64,000 nt of DNA from Bdellovibrionales bacterium (GTDB taxonomy: Bacteria; Bdellovibrionota; Bdellovibrionia; Bdellovibrionales; UBA1609). Under the pieces are notes generated by a model that saw nothing but the letters and a program-made list of their open reading frames with translations, did not search any database and was not told the origin of the DNA. Shown here piece after piece: positions 39,417 through 49,600 of the stretch. Positions within the stretch are counted from its first letter, which is position 1. Each line of letters starts with the position of its first letter. The stretch lies in contig CBDHDF010000011.1 in assembly GCA_965261545.1 (NCBI GenBank), forward strand, positions 416,001-480,000, in the 5' to 3' direction. The translations under genes and the position numbers were made by a program.

Positions 39417-41323
39417 CAGCAGCCATTGATTACAATCATTTAAAAGATTTACCCGATCATGAGAAGGCCAAAATTGCAGATATTCTTCTCAAAAGTTCAA
39501 GGGGGAATTTGGGAGGAAGGCGTCTATTTCTAGCCAAGCAAAGCACTCCTGAAAATGTTTGTGTGGAGTTTTGGAGGGTGTCTTCGACCGACCAAAGAGA
39601 TGGATTTTCATTAAAAGCCCAAGAAGAGAAGGCCAAGGAGTACAGTGACCTTAACAGCCTTAAGAGTTCCAAAAATTGGTCGGTGAGTGAGTCTGCCTCC
39701 CAGGAGTTTGACCGAAAGAAATTTTTTGAAATGATTGATTATGTCACTGAAAACGGGATTAAGAATGTTGTCTTTGATAAAGTCGATCGAGCTTGTCGTG
39801 GTCTTAGGGCTGCGGTTGTGATTGAGGACCTTATCGAGTCAGGGGTTTGCTTTCATTTTGTCCGAGATAACCTTGTGGTGAACAAGGAGTCTGCCCCCAG
39901 TGAGAAGCTGCGGTTTTATCTCGGAGTTGTCTTGGCTAAGTGGTATATTGATAACTTGAAGTCTGAGATCAAGAAAGGTCTTCATGGCCGCCTTGAAAAT
40001 GGCTACTTCAATGCCAAAGCCCCTGTGGGCTATCGCAATGTTCGCCCTGAGTTTGGAAAAGCCAACCTTGAAGTACACCCAGAGATCGGCCCTTTTATTG
40101 CCGATTGCTTTGAACTCTACAAAACGGGCAATTATTCCAAAAGGGACTTGGAAAAAATTGGTTTGGAGAGAAAAATCAAGTGGATTGTGAAAAGAAGGGT
40201 CTTTGATAAAAACGGAGAAGCCCAGGTGGTGGCTCAAGAAAAGTTTGTCACCCATAAGGCTTTGGAGAGAGTGTTAAGTAACCCTGTCTATTGCCATTAC
40301 AGACGAGTTTCCAAGAGTTCCCCAAATTATAAGAACTGTGGAGGCTCTAATGGTTTTACGGGGTCTAAGAAGGGGCTTACAGGCTCTGAGGGCTCTACAG
40401 ACTCAAGAGGTAGAGGTTCTAGTGGCTCCAAGAGGAGCTGGAAAAGTCCTGGTGGCTTTGAGTATGTGAAAAATGCCAAGTGGCCAGCTTTGATTAGCTT
40501 TGAGACCTTTATGGCTTGCCAGAAGATCCGTGGGATCAGAGCGCAGTCCACCAAGCTCAATTTGGCCGGAAGAGTCTCCAAGCCCCTCATGCAACTTATG
40601 AAGTGCGGGACCTGCGATCACCACATCACGGGGCAGTCTAAGAAAAAAGCATCAGGCAAGATTTATACCTATTATCATTGTGCCAATAAGAGGTGTGAGC
40701 AATACAGTGTGTACACGGAGCAAAGAAGACTCATTGCGCAGTTCTCGGCGGCCTTTGAGCCCTTTCAGCGTTTTACTCCAAAGGCTACGGCTGCCTTTAT
40801 AAAAATGGTGCAAGGTCGTATCAGCCAACTGAGTGGGCACTCCACAGAAAAGGTCAACCAACTTCGAGAAAAGAAAACCCAGCTTCAAGATCGTATGGCA
40901 CAGATTCATGATCTTTATGAAAAGGGCTTACTGAGCCACGAGGAAGCCTTGGAGTTTCAGGCCATAAAAGAACGGGAGCTTGAAAAAATTGGAAAAGATA
41001 TAATGCTTCACGGTATTTCTGTAACGCAAGGTGGAGAAGGGAGTTGGGGAGGCGTATCAGAAGTTCAAGGGGATTGGCGGATTGCGTTAGATCTCATAGA
41101 ACTTTTGAAAACATCTCATGATTTCATGCAGTTAGATGGCTTTGAGGGCCAAAAAGCACGGATCTATAGATCCATGCTCTCGAACCCGACTTTAAAAGAC
41201 GGAACTATTGAATATCGCTATGCAAAATGGTTTGCGGACCTCCTGTTATTGACAGGGGGTCGCAACTGGTGGACGCTCCCAACCGATATGCAGAATCCGA
41301 CCTCAATTCTGAATTTACAATAG
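39413..41323 (+). CDS. Large serine recombinase (ICE integrase)
   Basis: RVSSTDQ..GFSL.AQ, DKVDRACR, APVGY, LSNPVY, CGTC..YYHC zinc ribbon, coiled coil. Confidence 0.92.
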   Translation: MTAAIDYNHLKDLPDHEKAKIADILLKSSRGNLGGRRLFLAKQSTPENVCVEFWRVSSTDQRDGFSLKAQEEKAKEYSDLNSLKSSKNWSVSESASQEFDRKKFFEMIDYVTENGIKNVVFDKVDRACRGLRAAVVIEDLIESGVCFHFVRDNLVVNKESAPSEKLRFYLGVVLAKWYIDNLKSEIKKGLHGRLENGYFNAKAPVGYRNVRPEFGKANLEVHPEIGPFIADCFELYKTGNYSKRDLEKIGLERKIKWIVKRRVFDKNGEAQVVAQEKFVTHKALERVLSNPVYCHYRRVSKSSPNYKNCGGSNGFTGSKKGLTGSEGSTDSRGRGSSGSKRSWKSPGGFEYVKNAKWPALISFETFMACQKIRGIRAQSTKLNLAGRVSKPLMQLMKCGTCDHHITGQSKKKASGKIYTYYHCANKRCEQYSVYTEQRRLIAQFSAAFEPFQRFTPKATAAFIKMVQGRISQLSGHSTEKVNQLREKKTQLQDRMAQIHDLYEKGLLSHEEALEFQAIKERELEKIGKDIMLHGISVTQGGEGSWGGVSEVQGDWRIALDLIELLKTSHDFMQLDGFEGQKARIYRSMLSNPTLKDGTIEYRYAKWFADLLLLTGGRNWWTLPTDMQNPTSILNLQ

Positions 41324-41874
41324 AATCAACTACTTACATAACTTCCCCCTCCATTTCTAAGGCCGTGCTCAAGGCAAAATATCTTGAAAATCGGCTCTCC
41401 ACGAGGGCCATTTCCCAAGAGTTTGCGTGCTCAAAAACACATATCCGCGACCTACTTATCCGGTACAATATCCCCCTCCGAGAATCATATGCACACCCCC
41501 GCCCCATCTATGGCAACAAGAAAGTCGGCGGAAAGCTCCTTGACCACAAGGCTGAACTAAAGGCAACGGCCACCATCAAAAGCATGTACGAAGAGGAGGG
41601 GCTTCGCCCCACAGCCATTGCAAGACTTCTCGATACCATGAAAGTCCCCACAAGAAAGCAAGGTAAGAGCTGGCACCACGACATGGTCATCACCATTCTC
41701 AAGAGAGAGGGGATTTACAAGCCAACGAGAGCCACACCTCGGACTCCGAGCGGGACACCAAAAATCCAACCAAAAACCAAAGAGAAAATACAAGCAACAA
41801 CTGGCTCCCCCCATGACCCCGATGGGCATGGGGGCTTAACAAAAGGAGAGCAAAATGAATACAGACATCGTTAA
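41227..41874 (+). CDS. HTH plus stand-alone recombinase DNA-binding domain protein (true start uncertain)
   Basis: YG.KKVGG.L.DH..E..T...IKSMY.EEGL...AIARLL....VPTRKQGK.W....V..IL; no catalytic domain. Confidence 0.7.
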   Translation: MVCGPPVIDRGSQLVDAPNRYAESDLNSEFTIESTTYITSPSISKAVLKAKYLENRLSTRAISQEFACSKTHIRDLLIRYNIPLRESYAHPRPIYGNKKVGGKLLDHKAELKATATIKSMYEEEGLRPTAIARLLDTMKVPTRKQGKSWHHDMVITILKREGIYKPTRATPRTPSGTPKIQPKTKEKIQATTGSPHDPDGHGGLTKGEQNEYRHR

Positions 41875-42071
41875 GGTCATTATGACTATCTTACTACTTC
41901 TAGGCTCAGGCTATGCAGCCCCCACCATTTTCTCAAAGATAGAGCGCATGGCTCTCACTCGGATTGCCAAAGGGCTCTCATCATCAGAGCGATTCGCTGA
42001 GAAGCTTACTGGGAAGAAACTGGATTTTTAGTTTGGGAGGTGAGCGTTAAGGGATTCCTGAACTTTATCTC
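41267..42071 (+). repeat. Direct repeat, copy 1 (paired with 54062-54875)
   Basis: Both copies start TGGTGGACGCTCCCAACCGATATGCAGAATCCGACC and end CTGAACTTTATCTC. Confidence 0.95.
41855..42031 (+). CDS. Small membrane protein, 58 aa (not in the ORF track)
   Basis: AAAGGAG RBS; MNTDIVKVIMTILLLLGSGYAAPTIFSKIERMALTRIAKGLSSSERFAEKLTGKKLDF; conserved in the second copy. Confidence 0.75.
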   Translation: MNTDIVKVIMTILLLLGSGYAAPTIFSKIERMALTRIAKGLSSSERFAEKLTGKKLDF

Positions 42072-42240
42072 CTTCCCACAAAGTGCTGTTGCATCACTTA
42101 AAAATCCGGTTTTTTGGTCTGGAAATGAGGTCCATCTTACCTTAGCCCTTGATTTAGTGGGGACCCAGAGGCTATAAACCAACCACAATTCGTTTAAAAA
42201 ACCTCCATTTTTTTTGGAGTTCCAGACATAGGGGACGCAG

Positions 42241-43020
42241 GTGGCTCAGTTCAATGATTGGTGCAAGTCTACAAATACGGTCGTTGGCAATCACAGTCTT
42301 TTTCTTCTTACTGGAGAACCCGGCAAACTGGCGACCGGTATCGAGGCAACCGCGGCAGTCGTGCCGGGTCACTATGCAGCTGAAGAACAGATTTCGCACG
42401 TTTTCGCCCGCCTAGATAAGCCGGCTGCAGCAGCGCTGATCCAAGGAAAACTTCCAACCACTAAGAGGATTCGATCCGGCGATCTGGGAGAAATCTACGC
42501 CACTGAATGGATCGATGCACACAGTGGCGGCTACTTCGCACCGGTCAAACGATTGCGCTGGAAGGATCATCGCAATATGTCGATGCGCGGTGACGATGTG
42601 ATTGCGATACACTTGGATCCAGAGTCTCAACGCCTTCGCTTTCTGAAAACAGAGGCTAAGAGCCGAATCAGGTTGAATAACGATGTTCTTGCAAAGGCTC
42701 GGGCCGGACTGGACAAGGATGACGGTCGCCCATCGGCACACACGCTTACCTTTATTTCGGCCCGGCTCTTCGAATTAGGAAACTTACCGCTTGCTAATGC
42801 CATTGACGAAGCGCAGCTAAAACATGGCATTCCAATCCAAAACGTTCGTCATCTTCTGTTTACCTTTTCCGGTAATGACCCAAACGCACTATTGACCACA
42901 TCGTTGCAAGCCTATCAGGGAAGGATCTCGCAATTGGGCGTCGGCCTTAGAGTTGATAGACATGCACAATTCATCGGCGCCGTTTATGAGCAGGTGATCG
43001 CGAATGCCAACAACGCCTGA
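42241..43020 (+). CDS. hamA: Hachiman HamA (DUF1837 nuclease)
   Basis: RSGDLGEI, RLRWKD.RNMSMRGDD, FLKTEAKSR; overlaps the helicase gene. Confidence 0.85.
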   Translation: MAQFNDWCKSTNTVVGNHSLFLLTGEPGKLATGIEATAAVVPGHYAAEEQISHVFARLDKPAAAALIQGKLPTTKRIRSGDLGEIYATEWIDAHSGGYFAPVKRLRWKDHRNMSMRGDDVIAIHLDPESQRLRFLKTEAKSRIRLNNDVLAKARAGLDKDDGRPSAHTLTFISARLFELGNLPLANAIDEAQLKHGIPIQNVRHLLFTFSGNDPNALLTTSLQAYQGRISQLGVGLRVDRHAQFIGAVYEQVIANANNA

Positions 43021-46000
43021 AGCAATCGTAGCTAATATCAAGGAAGCAGTAGCCGCTGGATTCCGGGGCCGGCTCATCGCACGCGGTCAAGCGCGTGCGA
43101 TGATCTGGCGAGATGGCGTTCTTCCACCAGATGCACCGGACTTTTCTCCGCAGCTCAGCTACGATCTTCATTCTTACGGCTACGCCCTGCTGGGGCTCGG
43201 TCTGCGTCTCCGTGAAATGGACGGCGAAGCCGCACAGGCGCGTGTTGCCTTCGAGCAGGCAGCAACTGCGCTTGAGTCCGTCGTGGCCAAGGGTAATCGT
43301 GAAGAGGCCGACCGGGACTTCCACTTCGTCATGGCCGCGGCGAGCTATCATCTCGCTCATCTATCGGCGCGTGCATATTCGCTCCTTACCATCGTCGATG
43401 CCGACGACAACTTCTCGCCGGTTGAACGGGTACTAGCGCTCTTGATGCGTCGGGACATGAACGCTTTCCACACCACGGTCTTAGAATACAGGGTCTCAGG
43501 AGTCGGTAGTGATGAGCAGATCGCCAGGTCCATCCAGGCGTATCTGGGTGAACTCGAAGGGGTTGCCGATCAAGCTCGCGATGCGGATGGGTTTTTGTTT
43601 GACAACCTAACCATCGCGTTGACGGACGTGTTCTTTGCCGCCATGGCTCTGTTCTTATTGGCGGTGGAACGTGGCGAACGCCAGCTGCTTGATCGGGCTC
43701 TAGTCCGACTTCGGGAGAGTCTGAGCATATGCGGCGAAATGAACTTGGTGCCCCATTGGTGGGTCCATCGTGTCGCAATCCATCTCCTGTCCGACCTCTG
43801 GTCGAACACTTTCCACGAGAGGTTGCCGTCCGGTGGAGAGGCTGCCGGCTGGCCTCGCATGCGGAAACTGTTCATCACTTCCTTGCTGCGCCGGTCGAAA
43901 GCGGAAGTCGATCTGTGGCCATCACAGATTGCAGCTGCAGTGCGTGCCGTTGACCAATCGGACGACTTAGTCGTGTCCCTGCCAACCAGTGCGGGGAAGA
44001 CTCGCATAGCGGAGCTGTGCATCCTGCGTTGCCTCTCCGCCGGCAAACGCGTGGTCTTCATGACGCCATTGCGGGCGCTGTCTGCCCAGAATGAAACTAC
44101 GCTTCAGCGAACTTTCGGTCCGCTCGGAAAGACCGTCTCCGCTCTCTATGGCAGCATCGGGGTGAGCGGCTTCGATGAGGACGCAATTCGTGAGCGCGAC
44201 ATCGTCGTCGCTACACCGGAAAAGCTTGACTTCGCACTGCGAAATGATCCGTCGCTGCTCGACAATGTGGGCCTTCTTGTATTCGATGAAGGCCACATGA
44301 TCGGGATTAACGAGCGCGAGGTCCACTATGAGACGCAGATCCAGAGGCTCCTAAGGCGTGCAGATGCGCACGAGCGACGTATTGTTTGCCTTTCAGCAAT
44401 TCTCCCTGATGGAGATCAGATGGACGATTTCACTGCTTGGCTTCGGCGCGACCATCCGGGGGGTCCCATTAAGAACGACTGGAGGCCAACGCGATTGCGG
44501 TTTGGTGAAGTGGTCTGGAATTCACCCTTTGCTCGGCTCAATCTTCGTGTCGGCGAAGAGCGTCCTTGGGTCCAGAGATTCCTTACAGGGTCGACTCCGC
44601 CCAACTTCGTACCCCCGAAACGGAGGCGCAAATGCCTCTTTCCGAACGATCAGCGCGAGCTGTGTCTTGCGACGGCGTGGCGGCTCGTCGCTGAAGGACA
44701 GACGGTTCTGATCTACTGCCCGATGCGCAAAAGTGTCGAGCCGTTCGCCAACGTTATCGTCGAGCTGCACGAGCGCGGTGCACTTCGATCGCTTCTGGAG
44801 GTTGATGCGAATGTGCTGAACACAGCGATGGTGCTCGGCGAGGAATGGCTTGGACCGAACAGTGCCATCCTGAAATGCCTCAAATGTGGTGTTGCCCTGC
44901 ATCATGGCGCCTTGCCGACTGCCTATCGCAAGGAGGTCGAGCGCCTTCTTCAAGAGGGTATATTGAAGGTCACGATATCTTCTCCGACCCTTTCTCAAGG
45001 GCTCAATCTCTCGGCAACAGCCTTAGTGATGCACTCGCTGCACCGCAATCGCAAGCGCATCGAGATATCAGAGTTCCGAAATGTTACTGGCCGAGCCGGT
45101 CGAGCCTATGTCGACATGGAGGGAATCGTGCTCTTCCCAATGTTCGACAAGATTGAGCAGAAGCGGCGCGATTGGGAAGCGCTCATCACTGATATGGGTG
45201 CTCGGAAAATGGAGAGTGGACTTGTCCTGCTCGTGATGGAGCTGCTTAGGCGTATGCAGGCCCGCATCGGCGGCGACTCCACTCTGCTTATGGAGTATGT
45301 GGTGAACAACGCCAAGGCGTGGACCTTCCCGGAGTTGGCCACGGAGGCTCCCAAGGATCGCGAGCGCGCGTTTGCAGACTGGGAACGACACGTTGCTACG
45401 CTTGATACCGCCATCCTGAGTCTGATCGGCGAAAATGATATTCCGGATGACGGGATCGAGGCCGTGCTGGATGACGTCCTCCAGTCGTCCTTGTGGCAGC
45501 GTCGGCTGCTCCGCCGAAACGAACAGGTCCAGCAGGTTCTGAGGGCAGGCCTGCTCTCGCGCAGTAAGTTGATCTGGTCACAGTCTTCTGCGGCGCAGCG
45601 GAGAGGCTACTTTCTTGCCGGCGTCGGATTGAAAACGGGCCATGCCCTTGATGCGATCGCGGTAGAGGCGAATTCGCTCCTGGTGAACGCCAATTCTACG
45701 CTCCTTGCCGGTGATACCGAGATGGCGATCAATGCGATTACTAGTCTTGCCGAGCGGGTTTTTGCTTTCTATCCATTCACGCCATATCCTATGCCAGAAA
45801 ACTGGCGGGATTTGCTATGTGACTGGCTTCTTGGTAAACCGCTGGCAGAGCTTGCTTTCGGACAGGAATCGAAAACTCTCCAGTTTGTTGAGGGCGGTCT
45901 CGTTTATCGTCTGCCGTGGGCCATGGAAGCCGTGCGTGTGCGGGCGGCGGCAAACGGCGACGTCATTGGTGAAAATAACTTGGCGCTCGATGACTATGAG

Positions 46001-46513
46001 CTTGGACTCGCAGTTCCTGCCGTCGAAACTGGGACTATGAACCGCTCGGCTTCGGTCTTGATTCAGGCTGGATTCACCTCAAGACTGGCCGCCATCAAGG
46101 CTGTGACCGACACGGGGGCTACGTTCACGACTGGGAGAGAGCTAAAGTCATGGCTCAACTCGGACGCAGTCGCCGCATGGAGTGCGCAGCCCAATTGGCC
46201 CACTGCTGAGACGAAGATGATGTGGACGAATCTGGTGCGAAGCTTCATGCTGCATGACAATCGCACCTGGAACGAACGCCAGTACTGGTCCGGCGTTGCT
46301 TGGTTTGAAGTCGCTCCTCAGCCCGGCACTCCTGTTCAGCTCTACCTACGGAATGGCCAATGGCTCGTATTGGCGGCTGACGGACTTCCCCTGGGCACAC
46401 TCCAAAACACGATCAATCCAGATCGCTGCGGGCTTATCCATGCGACAGTTTCGAGAGAGGCAGGGAAAATCGACTTAGTGTATTTTGGCCCGGACGACCT
46501 GTCGTCGGAGTAA
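43004..46513 (+). CDS. hamB: Hachiman HamB (Ski2-like helicase)
   Basis: LPTSAGKTRIAEL, TPEK, FDEGH, HHGALP, TLSQGLNL, GRAGRA. Confidence 0.85.
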   Translation: MPTTPEAIVANIKEAVAAGFRGRLIARGQARAMIWRDGVLPPDAPDFSPQLSYDLHSYGYALLGLGLRLREMDGEAAQARVAFEQAATALESVVAKGNREEADRDFHFVMAAASYHLAHLSARAYSLLTIVDADDNFSPVERVLALLMRRDMNAFHTTVLEYRVSGVGSDEQIARSIQAYLGELEGVADQARDADGFLFDNLTIALTDVFFAAMALFLLAVERGERQLLDRALVRLRESLSICGEMNLVPHWWVHRVAIHLLSDLWSNTFHERLPSGGEAAGWPRMRKLFITSLLRRSKAEVDLWPSQIAAAVRAVDQSDDLVVSLPTSAGKTRIAELCILRCLSAGKRVVFMTPLRALSAQNETTLQRTFGPLGKTVSALYGSIGVSGFDEDAIRERDIVVATPEKLDFALRNDPSLLDNVGLLVFDEGHMIGINEREVHYETQIQRLLRRADAHERRIVCLSAILPDGDQMDDFTAWLRRDHPGGPIKNDWRPTRLRFGEVVWNSPFARLNLRVGEERPWVQRFLTGSTPPNFVPPKRRRKCLFPNDQRELCLATAWRLVAEGQTVLIYCPMRKSVEPFANVIVELHERGALRSLLEVDANVLNTAMVLGEEWLGPNSAILKCLKCGVALHHGALPTAYRKEVERLLQEGILKVTISSPTLSQGLNLSATALVMHSLHRNRKRIEISEFRNVTGRAGRAYVDMEGIVLFPMFDKIEQKRRDWEALITDMGARKMESGLVLLVMELLRRMQARIGGDSTLLMEYVVNNAKAWTFPELATEAPKDRERAFADWERHVATLDTAILSLIGENDIPDDGIEAVLDDVLQSSLWQRRLLRRNEQVQQVLRAGLLSRSKLIWSQSSAAQRRGYFLAGVGLKTGHALDAIAVEANSLLVNANSTLLAGDTEMAINAITSLAERVFAFYPFTPYPMPENWRDLLCDWLLGKPLAELAFGQESKTLQFVEGGLVYRLPWAMEAVRVRAAANGDVIGENNLALDDYELGLAVPAVETGTMNRSASVLIQAGFTSRLAAIKAVTDTGATFTTGRELKSWLNSDAVAAWSAQPNWPTAETKMMWTNLVRSFMLHDNRTWNERQYWSGVAWFEVAPQPGTPVQLYLRNGQWLVLAADGLPLGTLQNTINPDRCGLIHATVSREAGKIDLVYFGPDDLSSE

Positions 46514-46522
46514 TAAGAATTC

Positions 46523-46618
46523 CAGCAATTCCCGCCGAGATTTTTCCGACTTTGCTTTGAGGAAAAATCTGTGAGTGATAGAGGCTTATTTTAAGAATTT
46601 CTAGATTTTAGTCTTTAC
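46523..46618 (-). mobile_element. Partial MITE copy (one end of the 55064-55229 element)
   Basis: Starts CAGCAATTCCCGCCGAGA; reverse complement aligns with about 55135-55229. Confidence 0.85.
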
Positions 46619-46650
46619 CCCCGATGGTGGGTTTGATCCGCACATCGGGG
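46619..46650. terminator. Hairpin between convergent hamB and Avs-like genes
   Basis: CCCCGATG...CATCGGGG stem; no clear U-tract. Confidence 0.4.
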
Positions 46651-46652
46651 AT

Positions 46653-49600
46653 TTACGGAGACTCTTCCTTTGCCATAACTTTAAGGGTATTTTGATACTG
46701 TGATTCAAGCGAGCAGTTCACAGCTTCGGAAGTTGCAAGAATAAGTTTGGCAATAAAACTAGAATCATTTTTTGGTATCATCAGGATTCCCTTAATGGGA
46801 GGCACTGTCTGCTGTGGCTCAGAAAGACGAAATAACTCTTCATCCACTATTCGTTCCCAGCCAGATCTTTGCCAAGCGGCAAGATAGGGTATGAGTAGAG
46901 ACTTAAAAATAGATTTGTTGACCCATTCAAAGAAGCGCAGTCCTGTCATCCAGAAATTACCCGGTGTTATGTGTTCATTTTGAAAAAATTTTTTGATGCG
47001 GTCCAAGATAATTTTCTCTTGTTGTGTGAGTGATTCCGATTCTTCATTCCAATAATCAAATATAAGCTTACCGGGAAGGAACTTTGTAAATTGATCAGTC
47101 AGAGCAGATTCAAGTTTCGTCATTGCATCTGGTTGTTTTGCTAGAACAGATCGAATGCCATAAGCCAGAATAGTATCTTGCGCTAACTGTTCAGCCACAG
47201 GATCAAACGGTACCTTTTTATCTAATGTTGGTATTTGCCCTCTTTTTGGTTTCGATGTGTTGAGAATTGCATGGGATCGATCGGTCTTCTTTAGCATAGA
47301 ATGATAAATAGTAGCTTCGACATACCTTTTTAAGTGGGCTGCAAACCTAATTGCATCAAGTTTGTTGATATCCATTTCCATCGTTCGTGTACGTAAGCCG
47401 GCTTCTAGTACTGGAATAGGGCCTTTAGTCAGTCGATGTTCAAGTGTAGCTGTGATCCCTACATCAAGGTTAGCTGTGACTTCCGTTTCCGCTAACATGT
47501 ACCAAACACAATCAATATGTCCAAGTGGAAGCTTTCCAATTTCAGGTGAAGGGTTGGGGTTGCTGCAAGTCCCAGCTTCCATTATGATTGGTTTCTCATG
47601 AATGAAATTATTTCTCTCAATACGGGGCTTCATCCATAGTACCGTATGTGGAATGACATGATGACAGTATGTTTGCAGTATCGTCTTTGGCTCAATCCCA
47701 TCTAAAGCTTCCATTGCCTCTGCCATGCATGTTAATGCTCGCTTTATCTCCCCTGTCTCAAAAGCAGCGACTCCTGAATCGGCACCAAGACCAATCGCCA
47801 TAATTCTCATATTGTCGGCTTGGGCTAATTTGGCAGCTTTCTGGGCATCGAGGAACCACTCTTCTGCTTGTGACCACTCATTACATTTTGCCGCACTGAT
47901 GGCTGCCTCACGTAATGTAAAAGCACGACTAACAGGACTATTGCTACCAATTTGATTCACGATGCTACGAAAGATTTTAAGAGCAGATTCATGTTCATCA
48001 TTGCGAAAGTAAACTTTGGCTAGGGCACAACTGAGAATTGGATCTTCTCCTTGAGTCTTTACTGCCTCTTCAAGAACGACCAAAGCACCTTCCTTATCGT
48101 TCTGATATTCATTCAACATAACCGCTTGAGCTACAGAACATTGAAGAGAGATGGGGCGGATACTCCAATTTCGTGTTTTCTCAGCCATTCGTTGATAGCT
48201 TATTGTAGCATCCGCTGCATTGAAAGTTTCTCGACGCTGTTCCGTAGACCAAGGACTATTGATGAATTCAAAATAATCGGAGTAATCTTCATTTCTTGGT
48301 TCTAGCAAGAGGGCTCGTTCGCTCTCATTCAGTTTATCAAGTTTGTTGATGATATGTTCAAGCCGACTTACGGATGTAGGGTCGGCACTTCCAGTATTAA
48401 ATAAAAGACTAAAGAAGTTTGATTTAACCACATCAGTAGTATCTTCAGTATTAGTCATAAAATTTTGAGAAAGGTCATCATTAGTCTCAACCATGTTTTT
48501 AAAACGAAGCAGTAGGTCAACCCAATCATCAAAATAGTTCGCAATACCTCTTGTCTTAAGTACAAGAGGTATTGTGATTGACTCAACATTGTATTTTTCC
48601 TTGTTTTCTGGGATGTTACTAATCTCATTAAAAAATGCTGCCAAAATATCGGAAATTTTTTTTCTATCACCCATTGTGGTTTCTAATCGAAATTGTGCAA
48701 GACGAAGCATTGCAGAAACTAAAGAATTTTCAGGGTAGATTGGTTTATCTGTTCGGCGACAACGAAAGATCAAACAATGTTCCGCAAGCATCTCAAGTTT
48801 GATAGGGTCAGCCTGTAATACACTGTGGACGATTGTGATTAGGCTTTGTATTGACTTGCCTGCCATCGCATGGATCATAATTGAGTCCAAATCAATTACA
48901 TTGACCTTACCATCTTTAAGCATCTGGACGGCAATGGTTTCATGGATTTGCTTTTGCTTACTAGATGACAACATCTTACGCCCAAAACTACTTGCAAGTG
49001 GTGAAACCGTGAATATATCTCTACCGACAGCATCGATCCATGACTCAAGCAGCTGATCCATGCATTCACCAGTTTGGTTGACTTGTGGAGGAATCTCGCC
49101 AATGGTTAATGCTAGTGATCGATTGAAATATCCGATTATAAGGCTAAGTCGATAGAGGAGATTTCGCCTTCCTTCGGGAAGCTCAGAAACCAAACTTCGG
49201 CGTGCTGTATCACGTGCTGCATCGGTGTCATCAGATGAAAAACCACGACTGATGATGTTTTCAATTTCTTTAGCTGGCCACCCCCGTTCCGCTATTCCCA
49301 CTACAAAAGCATGTGTAAGTTGAGGATGACCACCATTTCCTACAACATGAGCAAGGTTTCCCCATTTATCATGATCTCCTCTGTAATTACGGACGAGTTC
49401 ATGCACTTCTTTCTTTGAGAAGTATCGGCAATCGACAACACAGTTTTTATTGAGATTAAGATGATTGAGTGCCTTCAAAGAAGGCTTCCGATAACATGTT
49501 ATAAGTACTTGGCGATTACGCCGACGCAAGGCTTCAATGACACCCATTAATGACAAGACAACATTTGTGTCGTCAAGATGGTTCAGGTCTTCTAAAATCA

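Noticed and set aside
42412..46478. Many overlapping alternative ORFs within Hachiman
   Set aside because: Expected in GC-rich sequence with few stop codons; no motifs or RBS support.
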